Source: an uncultured Acidobacteriota bacterium
Lineage (GTDB): Bacteria > Acidobacteriota > Thermoanaerobaculia > Gp7-AA8
Assembly: GCA_963822445.1 (NCBI GenBank)
Contig: CAWGHO010000001.1
Span: 576,001 to 640,000 of the forward strand
Reading direction: 5' to 3'
Length of the DNA stretch: 64,000 nucleotides
Shown here: positions 1 to 9,871 of the stretch, piece by piece
Layout: the number at the start of each line of letters is the position of its first letter
Position numbering within the stretch: the stretch's first letter is position 1
The notes under the pieces: generated by a model
Database searches by the model: none
What the model was told of the DNA's origin: nothing
Seen by the model: only the letters and a program-made list of their open reading frames with translations
Position numbers and translations under genes: made by a program

Positions 1-2
1 TC

Positions 3-2489
3 TTCGTTCCCTGGCTGGTCATCGCGCTCTACGCGGGTGAGCTGGTCTGGAAGGATCGTGAAACGGGAGCGGCGCAGATCGCGGACGCGGCGCCCGTGCG
101 CACGAGCGTCGTCCTGCTCGGGCGTTTCCTGGCGCTCGTCGCGCTCGTCGCGCTCTTCCAGCTCGCGTTCATGATCGGCGGCGTCCTGCTGCAGGTGCTG
201 CAGGGCTACTACGACTTCGAGCCCGGCCTCTACCTGCGCATCCTGTTCGGATGGAACCTCGCCGGGTACGTCCTGCTCGCGGCATTCGCGATGACGGCTC
301 ACGTGCTCGTGAACAACAAATACGTCGGACACGTCGTCGTGCTGCTCGCGACCCTCTTCAACTACTCGGCGGTGCACGGAACCCACAACCTGCTGATCTA
401 CAACGGCGGGCCCGCGCTCAAATACTCGGCGATGAACGGCTTCGGACCGTTCGTGACGCCGTTCGTCTGGTTCAAGCTCTACTGGGCGGCGTGGGCGATG
501 TTGCTTGCGGTCGTGACGATGCTCTTCTGGGTCCGCGGACCGGAGCTCGGGATCCGTGAGCGGCTCGCCACCGCGCGTGCGCGATTCACCGCGCAAACCG
601 CGCGTATGGCCGGAGTCGCTGTCGCGCTGATCCTCGTCCTCGGTGGATTCATCTTCTTCAACACGAACGTCTTGAATGAGTATGTCTCGCCGGTGAAGGC
701 GGGACTGCTGCAGGCCGACTACGAGCGCCGTTACGCGCGCTACGCGAACCTGCCGCAGCCGGTCATCGCCGGCGCAGAGCTGCGCTACGAGATCTATCCC
801 GAAGCGCCGGCCGTCGACTCGCGCGGCTCGTACCGGCTCGTGAACCAGACCGGCGTGCCGATCCGCCTGGTGCACGTCGACACGCCGAGCGGCCCTGCGT
901 ACGAAGTGCGATCGATGAAGTTCGACCGCGCCTCGAAGACCGAGATGGTCGATCCGAGGCATGGCTACCGGATCTTCGCGTTGGAGCGCGCGCTCGCGCC
1001 CGGCGAGTCGATGCAGTTCTCATTCGACCTGGCGTTCCGCCCGCGCGGGTTCCAGCACGGCGGCGGGCAGACGATGGTCGTCCGCAACGGCACCTACTTC
1101 GACAGGCGACTCCTCCCGTTCATCGGGTATCAGCGTGGGCTCGAGATGTCGAGCGACTCCGAGCGGAAGGGCTACGGCCTGCCCCCGCGGCCACCCATGC
1201 CCGAACCCGGCGACGCCGCGGCGAGGCGGTATCAGAGCCAGTTCCGCGACGGCGATCGCATGCAGGTCGAGACCATCGTCGGCACCGCTGCCGATCAGAT
1301 CGCGGTCGTCCCGGGCATGCTGCGCCGGAGCTGGACGGAGAAAGGCCGCCGCTACTTTCACTACGGCTCGCGTGTCCCGGAGACGTTCGCCGGGTCCGTG
1401 TTCTCGGCCAGGTACGCGGTGGCGAAAGGCCGGTGGAAGAACCCTTCGGCAAGCTCAGGGCAGGTCGTCGATCTCGAAATCTTCCATCACCCGGCGCATC
1501 GCGCGAACCTCGATCGCATGATGTCCGGCATGCAGTCGGCGCTCGACTACTACACGTCCGCGTTCGGACCGTATCCGTATCGCGAACTGCGCATCGTCGA
1601 GGTCCCGCCGTACAGCATCAACGGCCGCGCGTTCCCCTCGGCGGTCGCGTTCTCGGAACAGATCTTCATCACCCGCACCGGGCCGGGCCTGGTCGACCTG
1701 ACGTTCTTCGGGACGGCGCACGAGATCGGCCATCACTGGTGGGGCGGACAGGTCCGCCCGGCATACGCGAAGGGACGCGGGTTCGTGTCCGAATCGCTCG
1801 CGAACTACAGCGCCCTGCTCGTGACGGAGAAGGTCCTTGGACCCGCCGAAGCGCGTCGCGTCTACGAGTACCAGATGAACCGCTATCTCCAGGGCCGCGG
1901 CGACTTCGGCAGCGACGTTCCGCTCCTCGAAGTGGGCGAACATCCACACGTCGAGTACGCGAAAGGCGCCGTTGCGCTGTACACGTTGCGCGAGCAGGTC
2001 GGTGCGGAGGCCGTCAACGGCGCGCTGCGCCGCTTTCTCGAAAAGTACCGAGGATCGGGACCGCCGTATGCGACGTCACTCGATCTGTACGCGGAGCTCC
2101 GCGCGGTCACACCGCCGTCGCTATACCCCCTGCTCACCGACCTCTTCGAAACGATCACGCTGTGGGACGTGAAGACCCAGAGCGCCGCCGCCCGCCGTCT
2201 GGCTGATGGAAAGTACGAGGTGACGCTCGAAGTGATGGCGCAGAAGCTGCGGGCCGACGGCATCGGCGTCGAAACCGCGACCCCGATGAACGACTTCGTC
2301 GAGGTCGGTGTCTTCGCGTCTGAAAAAAATGACGCGATTTACCTGGTGCGCCATCGCATCCGCAGCGGCAAGCAGATCCTTCGCTTCATCGTGCCGCAGC
2401 AGCCGTCGCGCGCCGGCATTGATCCGTACGGCAAACTGATTGAGCGCGAGCGCGGCGACAACGTGGTGGAGGTGGAGATGGGAGGTTGA
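3..2489 (+). CDS. ABC-transporter permease / M1 (gluzincin) aminopeptidase fusion, 5'-truncated by window edge
   Basis: Frame open from base 3 (FVPWLVIALYAGELVWKDRE...); multi-TM N-part; AHEIGHHWW...SESLANY zinc motif and YAKGA downstream. Confidence 0.88.
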   Translation, partial: FVPWLVIALYAGELVWKDRETGAAQIADAAPVRTSVVLLGRFLALVALVALFQLAFMIGGVLLQVLQGYYDFEPGLYLRILFGWNLAGYVLLAAFAMTAHVLVNNKYVGHVVVLLATLFNYSAVHGTHNLLIYNGGPALKYSAMNGFGPFVTPFVWFKLYWAAWAMLLAVVTMLFWVRGPELGIRERLATARARFTAQTARMAGVAVALILVLGGFIFFNTNVLNEYVSPVKAGLLQADYERRYARYANLPQPVIAGAELRYEIYPEAPAVDSRGSYRLVNQTGVPIRLVHVDTPSGPAYEVRSMKFDRASKTEMVDPRHGYRIFALERALAPGESMQFSFDLAFRPRGFQHGGGQTMVVRNGTYFDRRLLPFIGYQRGLEMSSDSERKGYGLPPRPPMPEPGDAAARRYQSQFRDGDRMQVETIVGTAADQIAVVPGMLRRSWTEKGRRYFHYGSRVPETFAGSVFSARYAVAKGRWKNPSASSGQVVDLEIFHHPAHRANLDRMMSGMQSALDYYTSAFGPYPYRELRIVEVPPYSINGRAFPSAVAFSEQIFITRTGPGLVDLTFFGTAHEIGHHWWGGQVRPAYAKGRGFVSESLANYSALLVTEKVLGPAEARRVYEYQMNRYLQGRGDFGSDVPLLEVGEHPHVEYAKGAVALYTLREQVGAEAVNGALRRFLEKYRGSGPPYATSLDLYAELRAVTPPSLYPLLTDLFETITLWDVKTQSAAARRLADGKYEVTLEVMAQKLRADGIGVETATPMNDFVEVGVFASEKNDAIYLVRHRIRSGKQILRFIVPQQPSRAGIDPYGKLIERERGDNVVEVEMGG
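1442..1464 (+). repeat. Short REP-like element CCCTTCGGCAAGCTCAGGGCAGG in frame in the M1 gene (PSASSGQ)
   Basis: Resembles the widespread ccttcgacaagctcaggg repeat (from recall); single copy here. Confidence 0.5.
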
Positions 2490-2661
2490 ACGAGGAGACT
2501 GTCAGCGTGTGAGGTTTTCTTCGGGAGGCATCGATGCCGCCGGTTGGAGCGCTGGCGTCCCGCCGGCAAAGCAGGGCCAGGGGCGCATCTGACGTGCGAA
2601 GCGTCAATGGTCGATGCGAATTCGTCGATGCCTGTGCGGTCAGGCCCGGTTCCTCGTTTAG

Positions 2662-3846
2662 CTACGGATTGGTGATGTGATCGAACAGCACTGGCTCGAG
2701 GTCGACCCGCGAGAGTTGCGACAGCCATCGCGGAACCGTGATCAATCGGCCTGAGGAGACCCACCAGTTGTACGCGCTGGCGATGATCATCGAGCGCGCG
2801 GTGATCTCCTCCGGGTTCGGATGGAGAAGAACGATTCGCTTTCGCGGATTGTCCATCCACGTCTCCAGCCGGAGATTGATCGCGGCATCTCCCCACCCGT
2901 AGCCGCACATCAGCATCACGTCACAGTTGCGAAGGGCCTCCTGAAATCGGAACAAGAGATCGAGATAGACACCATGCTGGTAGCGGATGGCCTTGTTACC
3001 GCCGGTCAGGAACGATGCCTCCTGAATCCAAGGCTGCAGCATGTTTCTTTTGCCATCCATCACATGGCTGCCGTCGTTGCGCCGAATGACGGCGGTCCGC
3101 GGCAGTCCGTCGACCACGAATCGATACCAACTGATCGAACCGTGAAGTTTGAAGAGCCGTATCGGCATTCGATCGACGACGTCGTAGATCTGGTCGTCGT
3201 ACCAACGGACGTCGCCGTCCGGGGGTCCGAATCCGTCCGCCAACTCTACGCCTCGCTCCTCCATCAGTTGCTCGACGAGCGTGTCGTGGTTCAGTGTCAC
3301 GATGTTCAACTGTTCTATCCGCTCGGAACGGGCCAAGTCCACGATTAGATCCATCCCGGCCGGCTCTCTTCCCCGCAAAATCGTGGTCGTGGCCGACTGG
3401 ATGAACAGCCGGGCTTCGCGCGCCAGCAGGCCCAGATCATCCAGCCGAGCGGCGAGACTCGCGCCGCTGAGAAGCCGTCGCGCGCGACGCTCCAACGCCT
3501 TCATGAATGGCGTGAGTGTCGAGTTGTCGGCCAGGCCGATTCGCCAGTTTGCCATCTCCTCGCACATGTAAAACAAGTCCTCGTACGACGTCGGCCCCCG
3601 GAAAAGCGTCCTGGTCCGCTTCGTGTCGCGAGTATCGAAGTCGGCCATGATCTGCAGCAGGTTCTCGACCCGCTGCCGCAGCTCACCGGCCCCGAGTCGC
3701 GGAGGGAGCGAGTCCGCATCCAGAGAGAGCGCCGACGAGCCCAGAATGGCTTTCGTTAGTTCTCCCGCCAATGGCAGTCCCGAAGCCCTGGAGATGCCAG
3801 ACCCGAGAAACAGTATTAATTTCACTCGCCGAGCCGGGTGTTTCAT
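2662..3846 (-). CDS. SIR2-family (SIR2_2-like) protein, putative NADase defence effector
   Basis: FLGSGIS, TLNHDTLVE, FKLHGSI, CGYGWGD motifs; start placed at MKHPARR. Confidence 0.85.
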   Translation of the reverse strand: MKHPARRVKLILFLGSGISRASGLPLAGELTKAILGSSALSLDADSLPPRLGAGELRQRVENLLQIMADFDTRDTKRTRTLFRGPTSYEDLFYMCEEMANWRIGLADNSTLTPFMKALERRARRLLSGASLAARLDDLGLLAREARLFIQSATTTILRGREPAGMDLIVDLARSERIEQLNIVTLNHDTLVEQLMEERGVELADGFGPPDGDVRWYDDQIYDVVDRMPIRLFKLHGSISWYRFVVDGLPRTAVIRRNDGSHVMDGKRNMLQPWIQEASFLTGGNKAIRYQHGVYLDLLFRFQEALRNCDVMLMCGYGWGDAAINLRLETWMDNPRKRIVLLHPNPEEITARSMIIASAYNWWVSSGRLITVPRWLSQLSRVDLEPVLFDHITNP

Positions 3847-4100
3847 GCAGCCATTCTGAACCGCCAAAGAGAGCGGATTCGAGGCTCTCCGAAATACGGA
3901 CAACATCGATGATCCTGAGGTGGGCCGACCCCAGCAAGTGATCGGTCATAAAAATCTGCCGCGAAAGCGCGCGATGTTTCACATTCCAGCGCGAACGTGC
4001 CACAAAAAAACATGAAAGCGGCGGCGGAACCGCACCCCCACCGCCTGAAATTGTCAGAACCCTTGCCCGGCGGAGTCGTAAGAGAGTCAAGAATCCCTGC

Positions 4101-6197
4101 ATGCCCCGACCGAGGCTCTTCCTCTCCGCGATTGCTGTGGTCTGTTTGTCGGCGACTCTCCACGCCGGCGAGCCGTCTCACGTCAAAGCCGCGCTGATTC
4201 CGGAAGCCCGGACCATCGCCCCCGGCACGCCGTTCTCGGTGGCCGTGCGCCTGAAAATGGACCCGCGGTGGCACACGTACTGGATCAACCCCGGCGACTC
4301 CGGCGCCCCCACGGAAATCAAGTGGGACCTTCCGCCCGGTTTTGAGGCCGGGCCGATTCAGTGGCCCTACCCTGAGCGCATTGAGGTCCCGCCGCTGGTC
4401 AGCTTCGGGTATGAGGGTGAGGCCGCGCTCCTCGTCCGGATCACGCCCCCGCGCGACCTGAAGATGGGGCAGCGCGTCCGTCTCGCCGCGCACGTGAGCT
4501 GGCTGGAATGCGAGGAGCTGTGCCTCCCCGGAGAAGCCACGGTCAGCGCCGTCGTCCACACGGGACCGAACGTCGAAAACGACCCCACGCTCGCCAGATT
4601 CTTCTCCGAGGCGCGCGCACGGCTTCCGCTCGATTCGGGCGACTGGAGTTTTGCGGCCGCGCCGGGCCGCGGATTCGTACGACTGAGCGCGACGCCGCCA
4701 CTCTGGCTCAAGGAACCCGTGGCCGACGCGAAGTTTTTTCCGGAAACGGTCGGCCAGTTTTCGAATGGACGCAGTCGCTGGGATCGCGGGGCGGGCGCCT
4801 ACGTCATGGATCTTCCCCTGTCGGACGAGTCGACGTCGCCGATTCGCCGGCTGACCGGCGTCCTCGTGTCGAAATCGGGGTGGCGAGGTCCCGGATCCGA
4901 GCGCGCCATCCGTGTGGACGCCGACATCGCCGGCAACGCGGGCCTCATCGCTGGCCCGGCGACGAGCGCCTCCGGCTCAGGCCTCGTGGGCGCCATCGGT
5001 CTCGCCTTCATCGGCGGACTGATCCTCAATCTGATGCCCTGCGTGTTTCCGGTCCTTTCCATCAAGGTGCTCTCCCTCGTTGGCCAGGCCGACGCGCCGA
5101 CGCGAGCCCGGATGAGAAACGCGGGCGCCTACAGCCTCGGCGTCCTGGTCGCTTTCTGGGCCCTGGCCGGCCTTCTCATTGCCCTCCGGGCAGGGGGCGA
5201 ACAGCTCGGATGGGGTTTCCAGCTCCAATCGCCGCCGGTGATCGCCGGCCTGGCGTCGCTGTTCTTCCTGATCGCTCTGAATCTTTTCGGCGTATTCGAA
5301 GTGGGTGTGTCGCTCGCGCGGCTCGGTGGGAAGAGCGGCGAAGGCGCCGGCGGCTCCTTTTCAACCGGTCTGCTGGCCACGCTCGTCGCCACCCCGTGCA
5401 CCGCCCCGTTCATGGGTTCTGCCCTCGGCTTCGCGCTGACGCAGCAGGCCCCCGCGGCGCTGGCGATCTTCACGTCTCTGGGAGCCGGGATGGCCGCGCC
5501 GTTTGTCGTGCTGGCCGCCTCCCCGCGGCTGCTCCGGTTTCTCCCCCGCCCCGGCGCCTGGATGGAAACGATGAAGCAGGCGCTCGGGTTTCTCCTCGCG
5601 GCCACCGTGGTGTGGCTGGCGTGGGTGCTCGGCCAACAGACTGGGTCCGACGGCATCACGATGCTCCTCGCGGCGCTGGTCGTACAGGCCGTCGGCGCCT
5701 GGGTCCTGGGCAAATGGGCGGTTTTGACGCGGAGCGCCGTTGTTCGAACGGCAGCGGCAATCGTGGCGGCCGTTCTCATTGTCGGCAGCGCCGCCGCGGC
5801 GGTGAAGCTGGCCGGCACCGCCGAGCGTCCAGCCCTCCAGTCGACCGCCACGGAGATATGGGAACCCTACAGCGAGGCCCGCGTGAACGAGCTGCGCGCG
5901 GCGGGCCGGCCGGTGTTCGTGGACTTCGGCGCGGCCTGGTGCCTGACCTGCCAGGTGAATGAGCGTGTCGCATTGTCGGCCGCGCCGGTCCTGGCGAAAT
6001 TCGGGGAGAAGAATGTGGCGACGCTCAAGGCGGATTGGACGTCCCGCGACCCCGCCATCACCGAGGCGCTCAGGAAATTGGGGCGCAGCGGCGTGCCCAC
6101 ATACGTCTTGTACGCGAAGGATCCGTCGGCCCCTCCCCGGCTTCTCCCGGAGGTCCTCACGCCGACGCTCGTCATCAACGCTTTGGACAAACTCTGA
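4101..6197 (+). CDS. dsbD: DsbD-like thiol:disulfide interchange protein
   Basis: Signal peptide, WHTYWINPGDSG, CEELC, LNLMPCVFPV, TPCTAPF, C-terminal thioredoxin WCLTC. Confidence 0.9.
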   Translation: MPRPRLFLSAIAVVCLSATLHAGEPSHVKAALIPEARTIAPGTPFSVAVRLKMDPRWHTYWINPGDSGAPTEIKWDLPPGFEAGPIQWPYPERIEVPPLVSFGYEGEAALLVRITPPRDLKMGQRVRLAAHVSWLECEELCLPGEATVSAVVHTGPNVENDPTLARFFSEARARLPLDSGDWSFAAAPGRGFVRLSATPPLWLKEPVADAKFFPETVGQFSNGRSRWDRGAGAYVMDLPLSDESTSPIRRLTGVLVSKSGWRGPGSERAIRVDADIAGNAGLIAGPATSASGSGLVGAIGLAFIGGLILNLMPCVFPVLSIKVLSLVGQADAPTRARMRNAGAYSLGVLVAFWALAGLLIALRAGGEQLGWGFQLQSPPVIAGLASLFFLIALNLFGVFEVGVSLARLGGKSGEGAGGSFSTGLLATLVATPCTAPFMGSALGFALTQQAPAALAIFTSLGAGMAAPFVVLAASPRLLRFLPRPGAWMETMKQALGFLLAATVVWLAWVLGQQTGSDGITMLLAALVVQAVGAWVLGKWAVLTRSAVVRTAAAIVAAVLIVGSAAAAVKLAGTAERPALQSTATEIWEPYSEARVNELRAAGRPVFVDFGAAWCLTCQVNERVALSAAPVLAKFGEKNVATLKADWTSRDPAITEALRKLGRSGVPTYVLYAKDPSAPPRLLPEVLTPTLVINALDKL

Positions 6198-6221
6198 TCA
6201 CACAGCAAGAAAGGACCTCAC

Positions 6222-6881
6222 ATGAAGAAAGCCGTGATTCTCGTTCTCGCCGTCATTGTTTTGGGCGCCCTGGCCTGGGCTATCACCGCCAAGGTGTCCA
6301 ATGCGGTCAAGACCGAGGAATTCGCCAATGCGTTGAAGGAACCAGCCGTCGGAAGCCCGGCCCCCGCGTTCACGCTGACCGACACCAGCGGAAAGCAGCA
6401 CAACCTCGCCGACTTCAAGGGCAAGCACGTGGTGCTGGAGTGGGTCAACTTCGGATGTCCGTTCGTGAAGAAGCACTACGAGAGCGGGAACATGCAGTCG
6501 ACGCAGAAGAAGGCCGTCGACAAGGGCGTCGTCTGGCTGTCGGTGTGCAGCTCGACTGACGGGAAGCAGGGCCACATGGATCCAGCCGACTGGAACGAGG
6601 AGATCGTCGACCGGAAGTTGTCCTCCACCGCGGTGCTGCTCGACGAGAGCGGCGCGGTCGGGAAGACCTACGGCGCGAAGACGACGCCCCACATGTACAT
6701 CGTCAATCCCGACGGCATCCTGATCTACAAGGGCGCGATCGACGACAAGCCGAACACCAACAAGGACAGCATCGCCGGCGCCAGGAACCACGTTCTTGCC
6801 GCGCTCGACGAGTCGATGGCCGGCAAACCGGTGTCCACGGCCAGCACGACGCCTTACGGGTGCTCGGTGAAATACAAGTAA
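6222..6881 (+). CDS. Exported thioredoxin/AhpC-TSA (redoxin) family protein
   Basis: APAFTL, EWVNFGCPFV, YKGAIDD, YGCSVKY; directly follows dsbD. Confidence 0.88.
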   Translation: MKKAVILVLAVIVLGALAWAITAKVSNAVKTEEFANALKEPAVGSPAPAFTLTDTSGKQHNLADFKGKHVVLEWVNFGCPFVKKHYESGNMQSTQKKAVDKGVVWLSVCSSTDGKQGHMDPADWNEEIVDRKLSSTAVLLDESGAVGKTYGAKTTPHMYIVNPDGILIYKGAIDDKPNTNKDSIAGARNHVLAALDESMAGKPVSTASTTPYGCSVKYK

Positions 6882-6903
6882 GCGGAGCTAGTTAAGGCGA
6901 GCG

Positions 6904-7003
6904 CCCCCTCATCCACCTTCTCCCCTCAACGAGGGGAGAAGGGTCTCGCGAGTGCCCCTCGCCCCGCTTGCGGGGAGAGGGTGGCCAAAGGCCGGGTGAG
7001 GGG
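6904..7003. repeat. REP-like hairpin cluster overlapping the 3' end of the wHTH-STAND gene
   Basis: CCTTCTCCCCTC-AAC-GAGGGGAGAAGG and CCCTCGCCCCGC-TT-GCGGGGAGAGGG hairpins. Confidence 0.75.
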
Positions 7004-9751
7004 TCGCGCGCCGACGCGCGCCAGTTCGGCCTCTGCCTGTTCCACGCCCTGCTGGTTCCTGAGCGAGGCCGCGATCTCGCGCGCCGCGAGCGCGCATTCG
7101 CGCGCTCCGTCGGAGTCGCCGCACGCGATTTTCAATCGCGCCATGTCGGTGAGAACGCGAAACTCGTCGTCGCGGTCGCCGATGCGGCGGATCATCGTCA
7201 GCGCGCGATCCAGCAGTACCGCCGACTCGCCGAGCGCGCCCGTTTCACAGCGCGCCCGGCCGAGCAGCCAGAGGCATTCAGCCTCGCAATGCGCGTCGCC
7301 GATCGACTTGAGCTGGGAGATCGCGCGCGTGAGGAACGAGACCGCTTCGTCGTGTTGCCGCAACCCGAGGTGGGCCTGGCCGATGCCCATGTTCGCCTTG
7401 GCCTCGCCGTTCACGTCGCCGACGGTCGCCGAGTCGGCGCGCGCGCGGGTCGCGAGCTCGATCGCCTTCTGGTACTCGCCGCGCGAGAGATGGGTCCAGT
7501 GCAGGCGGCGCAGCAGCATCGCGCGCTCGCGGATCGCGCCGGCGCGGTCGTGATATTCGAGCGCACGCCCAAGCAGCTCGGCCCCCTCCTCGTACTCGCC
7601 GCGCAGCGCGAGCGACCAGCCGACGATACCGTCGGCGAGCGCCGAGAGCTCCGCGGTGGGCTGTTTGGCGTGCAGCTCCTCGACCAGCGACGCGGCGCGC
7701 TCATAGCGCCCGGTCGCGGCTTCGACGGCCGCGAGGTGCACGAGCGTGCGCGCAATGGCGGGACGGTTGTCGCGCTCGAGAAAGAAAGCGAGCGCCTGTG
7801 TCAGCGAAGCCCGCGCGGCCGGGTAATCGCTCAGCGCGTGCTCGGTCAGGCCGCGAAGAAACAGCGCCCGTCCGTCCTCAGCCGCAATCGCAACCGCGCG
7901 ATCGAGGACCGTCAACGACTCGCGCAGACGTCCTGCCGCACGCCACGTCTCGCCGAGGGCGAGCAATAGCTCGATCGACTCGCCGCTGCCGAGCGTGAGC
8001 CCGTGTGACGTTTTTTCGGCGCGCTCGACGAGCACGACCGCCTTCCGCCATTCCGAACGGCTGCTCGCCGCGCGCCACGCGCGCATGCCCGCTTCGAACG
8101 CGCGCCGCTGATCCCCTGCCGCCAGGTAATGCGCCGCAAGCGCCTCGGCCACACGTTCGCTTTCCGCGCCGTACACCGATTGCAGCGCGGCCGCGGCACG
8201 CGCGTGCAGCTCACGCCGGCGGCGCACCGGAACCGCGTCGTACACCACATGCCGCAGGATCGAGTGCTGGAACCGGCAGTCCTCTCCCGGACTGAGGGCT
8301 TGGATCGAAAGCACTCCGCCGCGCACGCCTTCGCTGAGCACCGCTTCGACGTCCGCAACCGTGGCGCCGGTGATGGCGCAGAGCGTCTCGACATGAAACT
8401 CGTCGCCGATCACCGACGCGTACTCGAGCATCCCGCGCACGTGTTCCGGCAGACGATCGATCTTCGCGCGCGCGGCGGTGAGGATCGTTTCCGGCAGCGG
8501 GCGGTCGCGCACGCCGTTCCACCGCCAGCTACGCGACGCGTCCGGCGCGATTGCTCCCACGGCGACGAGATGCCGCAGCGTTTCGACCAGAAAATATGGA
8601 TTGCCTCCGGTCAGTCCATACAGCGTCTCGACGTCGCCCGGCGGCACTTCCCCACGGCGGCGGATGCCGAAGATCCTGCCGATCACGTCGCGGCAATCCT
8701 GCTCGGCGAGACGCTGCAGACGCAACGTCGTATACGTCCGGCGCAACGCCTGGTCGGCGAGCCAAGTCCGTACTCGATGATCGCCGCTCTCGACCTCGTC
8801 GGAACGAATGACGAGGACGACCATCAACGGCTCGCTGCTGATCATCCGCATGAGGCAGCCGAGAATGTCGAGACTGGCCGGATCGGCCCACTGCAGATCG
8901 TCGAGCGCGAGGACGATCGGCTGTCGCCGGCTCAGCGCGAGCCACGCGCGGCAGATCGGAACGATGAAGCGGAAGTGATCGCCTGTCTGGCCGCCGGCGA
9001 TCTCGCCGCGATTCGATTCTTCGAACAGCTCCGCCGGCAAACGGATCCCGCACGCGGCTTCGATCGAGTCGCGGAGCGGCGTGCCGTCGGGCGGCTTGCC
9101 GTTGATCACGGCGGTGCGCAGGAGATCGATGAACAGCTCGTACGGCGCGAGGCGCGCGCCGCGGTAGTCGAAGAAGCGGCCGTACAGCGAGATCGCCCCC
9201 TGCTGAACCGTCCATCTCCGGAAGTGCCGCACGAGCTGGGTCTTCCCGATTCCGGCCTCGCCCGTGATCGCAACGGGCCGCGGCGAGCCTTCGAGCGCGC
9301 TGAGAAACTCGGCGCGCAGTGTGAGGAGCTCGGTGTCGCGCGCGGCGAGCTGGTCGTAGCTCGGTACGAGCTCGACCATCGACTGGCCAGGCGTCGCACT
9401 GACAATTTTTGGCGCCGCGTTGTCAACGCGTGTCACCGGTGCGATGAAGCGATAGCCGCGGCCGTGATAGGTGGCGATGAAGCGCGACTGCTCGGCGTCG
9501 TCGCCGATGGTGCGGCGGATCTGGGAGACGGCTTTCTTCAGCACGCCGGCCGTGGTGAAGACGTCGGACCACACTTCCTCCAGAAGCTCTTCCTTCGAGA
9601 GCACGCGGTCGTTGTGCTCGACGAGATAGCGCAGCACCCGCACGGCGCGAGGCTCGAGCGCCACGACGTCGCCGCCGCGATAGAGGAGCTCGATGCCTTG
9701 CGGGAGATGAAAGGCACCGAACTGCAGGACCGATCCGTCCGCGTGATTCAT
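6926..9751 (-). CDS. OmpR/CadC-type winged-helix + AAA (STAND) ATPase + TPR transcriptional regulator
   Basis: SKEELLEEVW...IATYHGRGYRF wHTH; GEAGIGKT Walker A; LDDLQWAD; TGGNPYFL; TPR-like C-terminus. Confidence 0.9.
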   Translation of the reverse strand: MNHADGSVLQFGAFHLPQGIELLYRGGDVVALEPRAVRVLRYLVEHNDRVLSKEELLEEVWSDVFTTAGVLKKAVSQIRRTIGDDAEQSRFIATYHGRGYRFIAPVTRVDNAAPKIVSATPGQSMVELVPSYDQLAARDTELLTLRAEFLSALEGSPRPVAITGEAGIGKTQLVRHFRRWTVQQGAISLYGRFFDYRGARLAPYELFIDLLRTAVINGKPPDGTPLRDSIEAACGIRLPAELFEESNRGEIAGGQTGDHFRFIVPICRAWLALSRRQPIVLALDDLQWADPASLDILGCLMRMISSEPLMVVLVIRSDEVESGDHRVRTWLADQALRRTYTTLRLQRLAEQDCRDVIGRIFGIRRRGEVPPGDVETLYGLTGGNPYFLVETLRHLVAVGAIAPDASRSWRWNGVRDRPLPETILTAARAKIDRLPEHVRGMLEYASVIGDEFHVETLCAITGATVADVEAVLSEGVRGGVLSIQALSPGEDCRFQHSILRHVVYDAVPVRRRRELHARAAAALQSVYGAESERVAEALAAHYLAAGDQRRAFEAGMRAWRAASSRSEWRKAVVLVERAEKTSHGLTLGSGESIELLLALGETWRAAGRLRESLTVLDRAVAIAAEDGRALFLRGLTEHALSDYPAARASLTQALAFFLERDNRPAIARTLVHLAAVEAATGRYERAASLVEELHAKQPTAELSALADGIVGWSLALRGEYEEGAELLGRALEYHDRAGAIRERAMLLRRLHWTHLSRGEYQKAIELATRARADSATVGDVNGEAKANMGIGQAHLGLRQHDEAVSFLTRAISQLKSIGDAHCEAECLWLLGRARCETGALGESAVLLDRALTMIRRIGDRDDEFRVLTDMARLKIACGDSDGARECALAAREIAASLRNQQGVEQAEAELARVGARPLTRPLATLSPQAGRGALARPFSPR

Positions 9752-9871
9752 GACGAGGTTTCAGGACCGCCGGAAATAAATGGAGATGGCTTGGCGGGGG
9801 TCCATACGCAAGCGACGTGCCGCGCGGGTGCGACGCATCCGGCTTGCTGCCCACGAATACAATGTTCCGGA

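Noticed and set aside
3985-4002. TGGCACG sigma-54 motif on the minus strand upstream of the SIR2 gene
   Set aside because: GC lies one base off the required spacing
8129-9871. N-terminal 581 aa of the 991-aa + ORF
   Set aside because: Antisense shadow of the wHTH-STAND gene; the real gene starts at the TIR motif near 9872
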